Of a stretch of DNA of 64,000 bases, positions 8,567 through 17,723 are shown one piece after another. The DNA lies in the NCBI GenBank assembly GCA_049967415.1, contig JBMFSS010000017.1:2030-66029 (forward strand). The letters are read 5' to 3'. The notes beneath the pieces are model-generated. The model made no database searches and was not told the DNA's origin. It was given only the letters and a program-made list of their open reading frames with translations. The position numbers and the translations under genes were made by a program. The stretch is from Candidatus Limnocylindrales bacterium. GTDB taxonomy: Bacteria > Chloroflexota > Limnocylindria > Limnocylindrales > CSP1-4. Numbering within the stretch: position 1 is the first letter of the stretch; the number at the start of each line of letters is the position of its first letter.

Positions 8567-9943
8567 ATGCGGGGTGCAGTTCGTCGGGTCACGCTGCTGA
8601 TCGCGGCGCTGGGCCTCTTGCTGCTTCCGGCCGGGGCCGCGCGCGCGGCGGGGCCACGTGTGGTGCTCCTCCCGCTCACCGGCATCGTGGACCAGGTGAT
8701 GGCGGGGTATGTGCACGACGGCCTGGCGCAGGCCTCCAGCGAGGGCGCATCGGCGGTGGTGCTCGAGATCGACACGCCGGGCGGGTCGCTCGACTCGATG
8801 CGGTCCATCACGCAGGACATTCTGCAGTCGCCCGTCCCGGTGATCACCTGGGTCGCACCGGAAGGGGCGCGGGCCGCCAGCGCGGGGACCTTCATTGTCC
8901 TCGCCGGCAGCCTCGCGCTGATGGCTCCGGGAACCAACATCGGGGCCGCCTCGCCGGTCACTTCGAGCGGCCAGGACATCACCGGGACCGAGGGCCAGAA
9001 GGTCCTCAACGATACGATCGCGAACATCACGGCAATCGCGGAGGCGCGGCACCGGAATGTGGCCTGGGCCGTATCCACCGTCCGGAGCGCCGTTTCATCT
9101 TCCGCCAACGAGGCCGTGAGCCAGGGGGCGGTGGACGGGATGGCGTCCACTCTCCCGGAGGTCCTGGCCTTCGCGAACGGCCGCCAGGTTCAGGCCGGCA
9201 CCCGGACGGTGACGCTGCAGCTCGAGGGCGCGCAGGTGCAAGAGCTGCAGATGAACCCGATCCAGGCGCTCCTGCACCTTCTGGCCGACCCCAACCTCGC
9301 CTTCATCCTGTTCGTGCTGGGGGCCTACGGGCTGATCCTGGAGTTCGTGCATCCCAACCTGGTGACCGGTGCCCTCGGCGGCGTGGCCCTGATCCTGGCA
9401 TTCCTCGGGTTCGGGAGCCTCCCGCTGAACCTGGCCGGGCTGCTGCTGATCGTGCTGTCGCTCGTGCTTTTCGTGGCGGACCTGAGCGTGACCAGCCACG
9501 GGGCCCTCACGTTCGCGGGCCTGGGCTGCTTCGTGCTGGGCGCCGGTACCTTCTACACGGCCCCGGGTATCGGGGGCGGTGGGGTTGGCGTGGCCTGGCC
9601 CATCATCGCGGCCATGGCCGGGGTCACGGCGGCCTTCATGCTGGTGGTGGTGGCCGCCGCATGGCGAGTGCGACACCGGGCGCGGCTCCCGCTCGGCATT
9701 GGAGGCAGCCAGGCCGACGGGACCACCGCCGTGCCACCCGGCACGCCGGGCAGCGTGCGCCGTCCGCTCGCGCCGCTCGGCACGGTGTACGCTGCCGGGG
9801 AGGAATGGAGCGCCCGGACCGCCGACGGTCGCCCACTGGAACGTGGAGCGCCCGTGCGGGTTCTCGGACAGGACGGGCTCATGCTGATCGTGGAACGTGC
9901 CGGGTCCGATGGTCCGGCTGAGCAGGAGGTTTCCGGCCGATGA
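8567..9943 (+). CDS. nfeD: NfeD-family membrane-bound ClpP-class serine protease
   Basis: - Signal peptide MRGAVRRVTLLIAALGLLLLPAGAARA, with GGGAGG 8 nt upstream of ATG 8567
- ClpP-like ITWVAPEGARAASAGTFIVLAG
- Several TM helices
- C-terminal OB-like domain GEEWSARTADG...VRVLGQDGLMLIVE. Confidence 0.85.
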   Translation: MRGAVRRVTLLIAALGLLLLPAGAARAAGPRVVLLPLTGIVDQVMAGYVHDGLAQASSEGASAVVLEIDTPGGSLDSMRSITQDILQSPVPVITWVAPEGARAASAGTFIVLAGSLALMAPGTNIGAASPVTSSGQDITGTEGQKVLNDTIANITAIAEARHRNVAWAVSTVRSAVSSSANEAVSQGAVDGMASTLPEVLAFANGRQVQAGTRTVTLQLEGAQVQELQMNPIQALLHLLADPNLAFILFVLGAYGLILEFVHPNLVTGALGGVALILAFLGFGSLPLNLAGLLLIVLSLVLFVADLSVTSHGALTFAGLGCFVLGAGTFYTAPGIGGGGVGVAWPIIAAMAGVTAAFMLVVVAAAWRVRHRARLPLGIGGSQADGTTAVPPGTPGSVRRPLAPLGTVYAAGEEWSARTADGRPLERGAPVRVLGQDGLMLIVERAGSDGPAEQEVSGR

Positions 9944-10932
9944 ACCTCGACCCGGTGGCGCTGGGCGCGGTTGTGCTTGTCATTGTCATCCTGCTGGTGC
10001 TGCTCTACCTGTCGGTGCGCGTGGTCAACGAGTACGCACGGCTGGTGGTGTTCCGGTTCGGGCGCACGGGCCCGGACCTGGTCAAGGGGCCAGGGCTCAT
10101 CTTCCTGATCCCGGTGGTGGATCGCCCGGTCAAGGTGGACCTGCGCGAGCAGTTCATCGAAGTGCCCAGCCAGACCACGATCACCAAGGACAATGCGCCC
10201 ATCAACGTGGATTTTCTGATCTACTGGCGGATTGCCGATCCCCTCAAGAGCGTGGTGCAGGTGGCGTACTTCGCGGGCGCGCTGCAGGGCGTGGCGACCA
10301 CCACGTTGCGCGCCGTGATCGGCGACATCCTCCTTGACGAGGTGCTCTCGAAGCGCGAGCAGATCAACGAGATCCTGCGTACCAAGCTGGACGAGGTGAC
10401 CGAACGCTGGGGTGGCAAGGTCACCACGGTGGAGATCCGCGAGATCACCCCGCCGCGCGACGTGCAGGACGCCATGAACCGGCAGCTCTCGGCGGAGCGC
10501 ACACGCCGCGCGGTCATCACCGAGTCGGAAGGCACGCGCCAGTCCACGATCAACGTGGCTGAGGGGGACAAGCAGTCGAACATCCTGCGCGCCGAAGGCG
10601 ACCGGCAGGCGGCGATCCTGCGAGCGGAGGGTTTCAGCCAGGCGCTGGAGCGGATTTTCTCGGCCGCTCGGGGTATCGACGAGAAGACCATGGCCCTGCA
10701 GTACCTGGAGGCCCTCAAGTCCCTGGGGGCCGGGCCGGCCACCAAGTTCGTGATCCCCGTGGAGTTCACCGAGATGCTGCGCCCGATCTCGTCCTTCGTG
10801 GACCGGGGGATGTCGACGGGCCCGGCTCCCTCCGCTGCGCCGGCCGCGACCACAGCCCCGGCCGAGGGCATCGAAGCGAACCGGACCGAGGGTCCGGCCC
10901 CGTCGGGTGAGGCGGGCGGGGGCCCCGCCTGA
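9940..10932 (+). CDS. SPFH/band-7 (stomatin/slipin-like) membrane protein
   Basis: N-terminal TM helix, VVFRFGR..GPGLIFLIPVVDR, TKDNAPINVDFLIYWRI and EIREITPPRDVQDAM. ATGA overlap with nfeD. Confidence 0.9.
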   Translation: MNLDPVALGAVVLVIVILLVLLYLSVRVVNEYARLVVFRFGRTGPDLVKGPGLIFLIPVVDRPVKVDLREQFIEVPSQTTITKDNAPINVDFLIYWRIADPLKSVVQVAYFAGALQGVATTTLRAVIGDILLDEVLSKREQINEILRTKLDEVTERWGGKVTTVEIREITPPRDVQDAMNRQLSAERTRRAVITESEGTRQSTINVAEGDKQSNILRAEGDRQAAILRAEGFSQALERIFSAARGIDEKTMALQYLEALKSLGAGPATKFVIPVEFTEMLRPISSFVDRGMSTGPAPSAAPAATTAPAEGIEANRTEGPAPSGEAGGGPA

Positions 10933-11112
10933 TCGGCAGTCGGGCACGCATCGGGGCCGGTTCGCGTCTGGGCCCGGTTCGGGCGTTCGGCCCGCTCTGG
11001 ACGAGAGACCGCCCTGCGGCAACGAGGCGCTGGCAGCGAAGCGCAGGGCACGCCCCGCGTTGCGCGGGTATGATCCGGATTATCCGCGGTCCGTGATCCC
11101 CCGAGAGGTCAG

Positions 11113-12306
11113 ATGGCCGGCGCCAAGATCCTGATTGTCGACGACGATCCAGACACGCAGCGCGTGCTGGGTTATACGCTCACCCAGGAAGGGTTTCAGG
11201 TCGTCTCGGCCGGGGACGGCGCCGAGGCCCTTCGGGTGCGGGAGCGCGAGCACCCCGACCTGATCCTGCTCGACATCATGTTGCCCAAACTCGACGGGTA
11301 CCAGGTCGCTGAGCGGATCCGGGCGGAAGAGGGAAGCGCGGCGCACGTCCCCATCGTCATGGTCACCGCCGAGACGGACATCGAGCAGAAGGTGCGCGGC
11401 CTGCGCGCCGGCGCGGATGACTACCTGGTCAAGCCATTTCACCCGGCGGAGCTGCTGGCCCGGATTCGCAGCCTGCTGGCCCGCTTCGCGCCACGCTACG
11501 CGGACTCTGCGGCCAGGCCCGCGGCGGCCGGCCGGGTGCTCGCCTTCTACGGCGCCAAGGGCGGTGTCGGGACCACCACCCTGGCCATCAACGCCGCCAT
11601 CGCGCTGCAGCGGGACCAGGGCCGGCGCGTGGTACTGGTGGACGGCAATCTGCAGTTCGGGGACCACCGGGTCTTCCTCGATCTCGGGCTGGACCGGAAG
11701 TCGATCGTGGATGTGGTGGTCGCCCCTTCGATCGACCTGGACGTCCTCAACTCGGTGCTGCTCCATCACGACTCGGGGATCGATCTCCTGCTGGCGCCCC
11801 CATCGCCGGAGATGGCCGAGCTCGTCAACGTTGAGCAGCACCACATGACCCAGGTCATCGAGCTGCTTCGGCAGCGCTACGACTACGTGATCGTGGACAT
11901 CGACAAGCGGCTCGATGAGACCAATCTCGACGTGATCGGGGCGTCGGACGTGGTGTTCGTGGTGATGACCGCGGACCTCTCGTGCCTGAAGAACGTTCGG
12001 CTCGTGCTGGAGACAATGTCGCAGCTGGGGATCGGGGCGGAGCGGGTGCAGCTGGTCATGAACCGTTCCACGGCCTACACGGGAATCACGGTCAAGAACG
12101 CGGAGAGCGCTCTCCGTCGGCAGATCGGGTACCAGGTGGTGAACGACTATCGAGTCGCGATCACCGCGCTGAACACAGGGGCACCGTTCGCGGTTGCCCG
12201 GCCGGATTCCGCGCTCGGCAGGTCGGTGGTGGACTTCGTGCGGCAGGTGGCCCGCCTTGACGCTTCATCCTCCGGCGCGGCGCAGCTCTCCCCGGCCATC
12301 ACCTGA
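11113..12306 (+). CDS. Response-regulator receiver domain fused to a TadZ/CpaE-like (MinD/ParA superfamily) ATPase
   Basis: REC domain: ILIVDDDPD, DLILLDIMLPKLDGY, DYLVKPF. ATPase domain: VLAFYGAKGGVGTTTLAINAA, a deviant Walker A lacking the GK[ST] lysine as in TadZ/CpaE. TATGAT is at about 11069, and GAGAGG precedes the ATG. Confidence 0.8.
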   Translation: MAGAKILIVDDDPDTQRVLGYTLTQEGFQVVSAGDGAEALRVREREHPDLILLDIMLPKLDGYQVAERIRAEEGSAAHVPIVMVTAETDIEQKVRGLRAGADDYLVKPFHPAELLARIRSLLARFAPRYADSAARPAAAGRVLAFYGAKGGVGTTTLAINAAIALQRDQGRRVVLVDGNLQFGDHRVFLDLGLDRKSIVDVVVAPSIDLDVLNSVLLHHDSGIDLLLAPPSPEMAELVNVEQHHMTQVIELLRQRYDYVIVDIDKRLDETNLDVIGASDVVFVVMTADLSCLKNVRLVLETMSQLGIGAERVQLVMNRSTAYTGITVKNAESALRRQIGYQVVNDYRVAITALNTGAPFAVARPDSALGRSVVDFVRQVARLDASSSGAAQLSPAIT

Positions 12307-12464
12307 GCGAGGGAGTCCGGAGCTCGCCCCCTGCGAGGCGCACCCGCCGACGGCGAACGTCAGTCTGCCTGTCAGCGCCGGCGACCGCTTCCGGGAACCG
12401 CTTTGGTAAGGCCCTGATAAGCGCTGGCTAACGCGCCATCCAGTGGCGGGTAAGGCGCGCTCGA

Positions 12465-12470
12465 TACGCT
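12465..12470 (+). promoter_or_regulatory. -10 box (TACGCT) 6 nt before the comM ATG; leaderless-type promoter
   Basis: TACGCTcctccaATG. Confidence 0.4.
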
Positions 12471-12476
12471 CCTCCA

Positions 12477-14054
12477 ATGCTGGCGACGCTGATCACCGCG
12501 GTGGTGGATGGACTCGAGGGTGCCTTGGTCCGAGTCGAGGTGGACGTTGCGCCCGGGCTGCCGGTCTGTCAGATCGTGGGCCTGCCGGACAAGGCCCTCT
12601 CCGAGGCTCGCGAGCGCGTTCGCGGGGCCATTCGCAACAGTGGGTACACCTACCCCCAGCAGCGGATCACGGTGAACCTCGCCCCTGCCGGCCGGCGGAA
12701 GCATGGCGCCGCATATGACGTTGCGATTGCCGTGGGGATCCTCGTCGCGTCCGGCCAGGTCGCCGCCTCGGGCGGGGATTGGGCGCTGCTCGGAGAACTC
12801 TCGCTCTCCGGCGCCGTGCAGCCGGTCGCGGGTGTGCTGCCCATGGCACACACGCTGGCGCGGGCTGGCGCACGTCGCATTGGGGTACCCGCGGCCAACG
12901 CCGCCGAGGCGGGCCTGGTGGACGGCATCGCGGTCCAGCCCCTGGACGGCCTCGACGATGCGGTTCGGCTGGTGGCCGGGCCGCGGGGCCGTCGGGCGGC
13001 CCGCGCGGCCCGCCGCTCCCCGGTCGCGGTTTCCGGAATGCTCGGCGAGAGTCCGGCCGCCGCCGCGCCTCTGATCGGGGGCCAGCCGCCCGTGGACCTC
13101 GCGGACGTGCGTGGCCAGGCCGCGGCCCGCTGGGCTCTCGAGGTGGCCCTGGCCGGGGGCCACAGCCTGATCCTGGTGGGATCGCCCGGGGTCGGCAAGA
13201 CGCTGCTGGCGCGGGCCATACCGGGCCTGTTGCCTCCCCTGGACGGCCGGGAGGCGCTGGAGGTCACGGTGATCGCGAGCGTTGCAGGGCTGCTGGGCCC
13301 CGGCGCCGGGTTGTGCCGGGAGCGCCCGTTTCGTGCGCCGCACCACACCTCCTCCTATGCCGCGCTGGTTGGCGGGGGCCCACGCCTCGCGCCGGGCGAG
13401 GTCAGCCTCGCCCATACCGGGGTCCTGTTTCTCGATGAGCTGGCCGAGTTCGACCGAGACGTGCTGGATGCCCTGCGCCAGCCGCTGGAGGAGGGGAGCG
13501 TGACCATCGCCCGTGCGCAGGGAGCGGTACGTTTCCCGGCCGAGGTGCAGTTGGTGGCCGCCATGAACCCGTGCCGGTGCGGGTTCCATGGCGATCTGGA
13601 GCGGGCGTGCACGTGCGCGCCCGGCGATCCGGAGCGGTATGTGCGGCGCGTCAGCGGGCCGCTGCTCGATCGCTTGGACCTGCGGGTGGAGATGCCGCGG
13701 GTGCGGCCGGCGGAGCTGCTGCTGGGTGCGGATCCGGAGCCCAGCCGGGTGGTGGCGGCTCGCATCGCCGTCGCGCGTGCGCGAGCCTTGGCGCGGAACG
13801 GCGGGCGCCTCAACGCGCGGCTGGCCGGGCCACGCGCAATCGAGGTCTGCGGTCTCTCCGCCACCGCGCGGGAGCTGCTTGCTTTCGTCGGGTCGAGACG
13901 GAGTCTCACCGCTCGCGGCGTCCACCGGATCGTGCGGATCGCCCGCACCATCGCTGACCTCGCGGGGCGGGAGCGGGTGACGGACGAAGATCTCCTGGCA
14001 GCAGCGGACCTGCGTGACCCGGCGGCCGGCGTCCAGCCGGAATTGGCGGCCTGA
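12477..14054 (+). CDS. comM: Mg-chelatase-like AAA+ protein YifB/ComM
   Basis: Lon-like N-terminus (VGLPDKALSEARERVRGAI), LILVGSPGVGKTLLAR, GVLFLDELAEF, and CRCGFHGD..CTC. Confidence 0.9.
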   Translation: MLATLITAVVDGLEGALVRVEVDVAPGLPVCQIVGLPDKALSEARERVRGAIRNSGYTYPQQRITVNLAPAGRRKHGAAYDVAIAVGILVASGQVAASGGDWALLGELSLSGAVQPVAGVLPMAHTLARAGARRIGVPAANAAEAGLVDGIAVQPLDGLDDAVRLVAGPRGRRAARAARRSPVAVSGMLGESPAAAAPLIGGQPPVDLADVRGQAAARWALEVALAGGHSLILVGSPGVGKTLLARAIPGLLPPLDGREALEVTVIASVAGLLGPGAGLCRERPFRAPHHTSSYAALVGGGPRLAPGEVSLAHTGVLFLDELAEFDRDVLDALRQPLEEGSVTIARAQGAVRFPAEVQLVAAMNPCRCGFHGDLERACTCAPGDPERYVRRVSGPLLDRLDLRVEMPRVRPAELLLGADPEPSRVVAARIAVARARALARNGGRLNARLAGPRAIEVCGLSATARELLAFVGSRRSLTARGVHRIVRIARTIADLAGRERVTDEDLLAAADLRDPAAGVQPELAA

Positions 14055-14057
14055 GGA

Positions 14058-15383
14058 ATGCTGGGAGTGGGCGCCCTGGGCCCGCTGGGGCCCGTGGCGC
14101 GGAGCGTCCCGGCCTCGGTCGCTGAGCGTTCAGCCCCGCGGGACCGCGGCATGCTGGCCGAGGAACGCCAGGCATGGGTGGTCCTCTCCACGGTCGAAGG
14201 GGTGGGCGGGCGGACGCTCATGGCCCTGGTGGCAACCCACGGCACTGCACGGCGCGTGCTCCGGCTCGCGGCGAATGCGCGCCTTGGACGGGGCCTGGCT
14301 GCGGGGCCTGACGGATGGCACCGCGCCCTGCCCGCTGCCACGCTGGCCGGGATCGAGTCGGCGGCGCGTGAGCCGGGCCGGCGTCTCGCCGCCGTGGCGA
14401 GCGCCGGCGTCTGGACGGTGACGCTGCTGGATCCCGACTACCCGGGACGCCTGCTGACGCTGGCCTCCCCGCCGCCCGTGCTGTTCGGGCAGGGAGACTT
14501 CCGCAGCCTTGCGGTCCCGCGGGCGATCGCCATCGTGGGGACCCGCCGCGCCTCACCGGTGGGGCGTTTCGAGGCCGCACGCGCCGCCGCCGCATGCGCG
14601 GGGCGAGGCGTGGAGGTGGTCTCCGGGTTGGCAGTGGGAATCGACGGAGCCGCGCACGCGTCGGCCGTGGAGGCGGGCGGAGTCACCGTTGCGGCCATCG
14701 GCTCCGGGCACCAGCGCCCCGGTCCGGTTGCGCATCGGAGGCTGGTGCGGCAGATCCTGCAACGTGGCGCCCTGATCGGAGAACTCCCGCCGGACGCCCG
14801 TGCGACGCGGGGCACCTATCCAAGGCGCAACCGCCTGATCGTGGCTCTCGCGGATGCCGTGCTGGTGGTGGAGGCGCCTGCGCGCAGCGGGGCCCTGATC
14901 ACGGCGCACCTGGCGCTGGAGCAAGGCGTGCCCCTGTACGCTGCGCCCGGGCGCCCCTCCGCCGTCTCGTCCGAGGGTTGCCGCGGACTCCTGGCCGAGG
15001 GGATCGCCCGTCCGTTTGCAGATGTCGCGGAACTGTGCGCGGCCCTGGGTTGGGCCGACGGGGTGGCAGCGGAGCGTGCCGGCGCGCCAGCCGCGGCGAC
15101 CAGCGCGATCGGGACGCCGGCGGGCGGGGATGGGAATCTGGAGATGCCGCCCATGCCCCGGGCCGGAGCTTTCGCTGGGATGCCGTCCCTGGGAGGGCCG
15201 GAACGGGACGTCGCCCGACTCCTGGCGGGCGGCCCGGCCACGATGACCGAGCTCCTGGCCGGCACGCGTGGGGCGCCCGGGGAGGTCGCGGCCGCCCTGA
15301 CCCTGCTCCAGCTGCGCGGGCTGGTGCGCGTGATAGGACCTCTCTACCTCCCGGCCGGGCCGTTGCTGCTGACGGCCCCCTGA
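14058..15383 (+). CDS. dprA: DNA-processing protein DprA (Smf)
   Basis: Motifs IAIVGTRRASPVG, VVSGLAVGIDGAAHASA and YPRRNRLIVALADAVLVVEA, with a C-terminal winged-helix-like tail. The start is uncertain (ATG 14058 or ATG 14151). Confidence 0.85.
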   Translation: MLGVGALGPLGPVARSVPASVAERSAPRDRGMLAEERQAWVVLSTVEGVGGRTLMALVATHGTARRVLRLAANARLGRGLAAGPDGWHRALPAATLAGIESAAREPGRRLAAVASAGVWTVTLLDPDYPGRLLTLASPPPVLFGQGDFRSLAVPRAIAIVGTRRASPVGRFEAARAAAACAGRGVEVVSGLAVGIDGAAHASAVEAGGVTVAAIGSGHQRPGPVAHRRLVRQILQRGALIGELPPDARATRGTYPRRNRLIVALADAVLVVEAPARSGALITAHLALEQGVPLYAAPGRPSAVSSEGCRGLLAEGIARPFADVAELCAALGWADGVAAERAGAPAAATSAIGTPAGGDGNLEMPPMPRAGAFAGMPSLGGPERDVARLLAGGPATMTELLAGTRGAPGEVAAALTLLQLRGLVRVIGPLYLPAGPLLLTAP

Positions 15384-15489
15384 AGTGAGGGCCCGTGGGG
15401 AGGCAATCCCCGGTGGCTGGAGTCCCGGGTGCCCGGCAGGCCGACCTCACGCGAGGCGACTTGCACCAGTCTGGTAGGCTGCAGCTCGG

Positions 15490-17301
15490 ATGAAGCGGGT
15501 CGGGCGCTCTGCCGGGTCACGCGTCACCAGCCGTGCCCACGGCGGCTGGGGACCGCTTCGGGCGGTCCTGCTGGGGATCGTGGCAATACCCGTACTGGCG
15601 AGCGTCTACGTGTTGTCCCTGCGAAGTCACCGACGTGCGCTCCGAGTTGTTCTCGCCACCGCTCTGGTGGTGGTCGCAGCGGCTACCGCGCTGCGGGTCG
15701 TGCCGCCGGCCGACGGCCATCGCCCCGCGACGGTGGACACCCGCGCCATCGCGCGACTGGCAACGCCCCTGGTGCCGGACGTTCCGGGGAACCAGCCGGT
15801 CGAACTCTCGTTCAGCCGGCCCATGGACCGGGCCTCGGTGCGGGCCGCGCTGTCCGTCCTGCCAGCCCATGACGTGCAGCTCGCCTGGTCGGCCGGTGAC
15901 ACTCAGCTGGCGATCGCGCCCACCCCGGCGTGGGCGCCGGCGACCGTCTACACGATCTCGGTCGGCGCTGGGGCCCGTACGGCCGGGGGCGGCGAGATGA
16001 GCGGCCCGGTTCGGGCGGTCTTTCTGACCGCGGATGCGCCCACGGCGGCCATTGCCGCGGTTGCCATGAGCGGCAAACGGGCCAGCCCCACGGCCGGGTT
16101 CCGCATCTCCTTCAGCCGGCCGGTTGACCTCCCCAGCCTGCAGTCGGCCCTCCGGATCACGCCCCAGGCAGCCGGGCAGCTGACCACCGGGCTCGATCGC
16201 GGATCGCCGACCGTGGTGACCTGGGTGCCCACCGCGCCGCTCGCCTCGGACACTACCTACGTGGTCACCTTCGCGGCCCCGGTTCGCTCCTCCGACGGGA
16301 TGACGGTCGCGCCAGCGCCACGTCTGGTCGTGCGCACGATCGGCGGCCCGGAGGTGGTGCGGACGCGGCCGGCCAACCACGCCCAGTCGGTCCCCGCCGG
16401 GTCGGCTGTGAGCGTCCGGTTTGGCCGCTCCATGGACCACACCAGCACCCAGGCGGCCTTCCGGCTGGTGCTGGAGCCAACGGGCTCCAGGGTCGGCGGC
16501 AGTTACAGCTGGGCCGAGAACGACACCGTGCTGGTCTTCACCCCCGCCCACGCCCTGGCTGCCGGCCATGTCTACACGCTCGTGCTGTCCGGGTCTGCCG
16601 TGTCCCAGGATGGCGCGCCCGTGGCGCTGCCGGGCGCAGGTCCGGCGCTGCGTGTGTCCTTCAGGGTAGCCGCGCCCACTCTCGCGGCGGCCAAGCGCGC
16701 CACCGTGGCGGCCGCTCCCGCGGCCACGCCAGGACCGGCGGCCGCGCCAACCCCCCGGTCCATGCCCGCGCCGCGTTCCACCCCTGCACCCAGCGCCACG
16801 CCGGCTCCGGCACCAGCGACCGGTGCGAGCGCCAGCGCGCCCTGGTTGAGCGTCGAGCGTTACGCGCTGCAGCTGCTGAACTGCACGCGGACCGGGGGAT
16901 GGGTGCAGGCGGACGGCACCTGTGATGGCTACGGTTCGGGGAAGTACAGCAACTACGTGGCGCCGCTCACGTTGAGCGCCGGGATCTCGTCGGCCGTCTC
17001 GCGGCCATATGCCCGGTACCAGGCGGTCCGCAATGCGTGCAGCCACTTCCTGCAGGGCACGCCCGGCGATCGCCTGGCCGCCGCCGGCTACACCAGCTAC
17101 CGTTGGGGCGAGAACATCGGGTGCCAGACCGCGAGCCCGAGCCGGGCCGTGGTGAACTCGCTTCTCTTCTTCCAGTCGGAGAAGTCGTACGACGGGGGCC
17201 ACTGGGCCAACCTGAAGAACGCGCAGTACTCGACGGTCGGGATCGGAGTCTGGGACGCCAACGGGTATGTCCTTGTGGTCTTCGACTTCTATCACCCCTG
17301 A
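15490..17301 (+). CDS. Membrane-anchored/secreted protein: three SbsA-Ig/Big_5-like repeats, a Pro/Ala linker and a C-terminal CAP (SCP/YkwD-like) domain
   Basis: - N-terminal hydrophobic segments
- Three repeats of the pattern ..V.[LV]SFSRP[MV]D..S...A[LF]... (SFSRPMDRASV, SFSRPVDLPSL, VRFGRSMDHTST)
- Linker PAATPGPAAAPTPRSMPAPRSTPAPSATPAPAPA
- CAP-like end YRWGENIG...GHWANLKNAQYSTVGIGV. Confidence 0.7.
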   Translation: MKRVGRSAGSRVTSRAHGGWGPLRAVLLGIVAIPVLASVYVLSLRSHRRALRVVLATALVVVAAATALRVVPPADGHRPATVDTRAIARLATPLVPDVPGNQPVELSFSRPMDRASVRAALSVLPAHDVQLAWSAGDTQLAIAPTPAWAPATVYTISVGAGARTAGGGEMSGPVRAVFLTADAPTAAIAAVAMSGKRASPTAGFRISFSRPVDLPSLQSALRITPQAAGQLTTGLDRGSPTVVTWVPTAPLASDTTYVVTFAAPVRSSDGMTVAPAPRLVVRTIGGPEVVRTRPANHAQSVPAGSAVSVRFGRSMDHTSTQAAFRLVLEPTGSRVGGSYSWAENDTVLVFTPAHALAAGHVYTLVLSGSAVSQDGAPVALPGAGPALRVSFRVAAPTLAAAKRATVAAAPAATPGPAAAPTPRSMPAPRSTPAPSATPAPAPATGASASAPWLSVERYALQLLNCTRTGGWVQADGTCDGYGSGKYSNYVAPLTLSAGISSAVSRPYARYQAVRNACSHFLQGTPGDRLAAAGYTSYRWGENIGCQTASPSRAVVNSLLFFQSEKSYDGGHWANLKNAQYSTVGIGVWDANGYVLVVFDFYHP

Positions 17302-17304
17302 CCC

Positions 17305-17616
17305 GTGATCCGGAACGCGATCCTGCACCTGCTCAACGAGCAGCCCCTCCTGGTGGACCTCGCGGCACTGCCGGCCGCCGGCGACACGTGCCTCGTCTGC
17401 AGCAACGTTCGCACCACCGGTGGCGCGCGTCCCGTCTGGGTCTCCGATGCCGCAGGCCAGTTGCTCTTTCCCATCGCACAGGTGCGTTTCCTGGAACTGC
17501 CGGCGGTTGGCTCGGTGGAGCTGCCGGTGGTTCCAGAATCGACCCGGGAGACCCCGCTGGCCGAGCCGGAACTGCCGCTCGACGAGGACCTCCTGCGACG
17601 CATCCGCGAGTCGTGA
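17305..17616 (+). CDS. Hypothetical small protein (103 aa)
   Basis: GTG start 4 nt after the previous stop. High GC3. VIRNAILHLLNEQPLLVDL...LVCSNVRTTGGARP. Acidic C-terminus. No family recognised. Confidence 0.45.
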   Translation: MIRNAILHLLNEQPLLVDLAALPAAGDTCLVCSNVRTTGGARPVWVSDAAGQLLFPIAQVRFLELPAVGSVELPVVPESTRETPLAEPELPLDEDLLRRIRES

Positions 17617-17709
17617 GGCACCCGTCCGGGGGCCACGCGCAGCGCGTCGCGGTGCGAGGATCACGGCCCGCGCGCTGCCGGTGGTGACTGGCGCGTAAGG
17701 GGCCGGTGA

Positions 17710-17715
17710 TACACT
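17710..17715 (+). promoter_or_regulatory. Extended -10 (TGaTACACT) 8 nt before the topA ATG
   Basis: gTGATACACTcccgcgcgATG with no SD sequence. Confidence 0.4.
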
Positions 17716-17723
17716 CCCGCGCG

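Noticed and set aside
8567-10932. The nfeD-SPFH pair as a novel system
   Set aside because: This is the well-known, widely conserved NfeD/stomatin (STOPP-slipin) operon. Nothing is unusual apart from an Ala/Pro-rich tail on the SPFH protein.
11072-11079. The ATCCGGAT palindrome and TTATCCGCG (DnaA-box-like) upstream of the REC-CpaE gene as an operator or origin element
   Set aside because: These are single short occurrences. There is no cluster of DnaA boxes or AT-rich unwinding element, so this is most likely chance.
11988-11997. The GAACGTTC palindrome as a LexA/SOS (Cheo-like) box
   Set aside because: It lies inside the REC-CpaE coding sequence and lacks the 4-nt spacer of GAAC-N4-GTTC. 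It is not upstream of any DNA-repair gene. No SOS-like box was seen in front of recN, dprA, xseA or ruvX, all of which are internal operon members.
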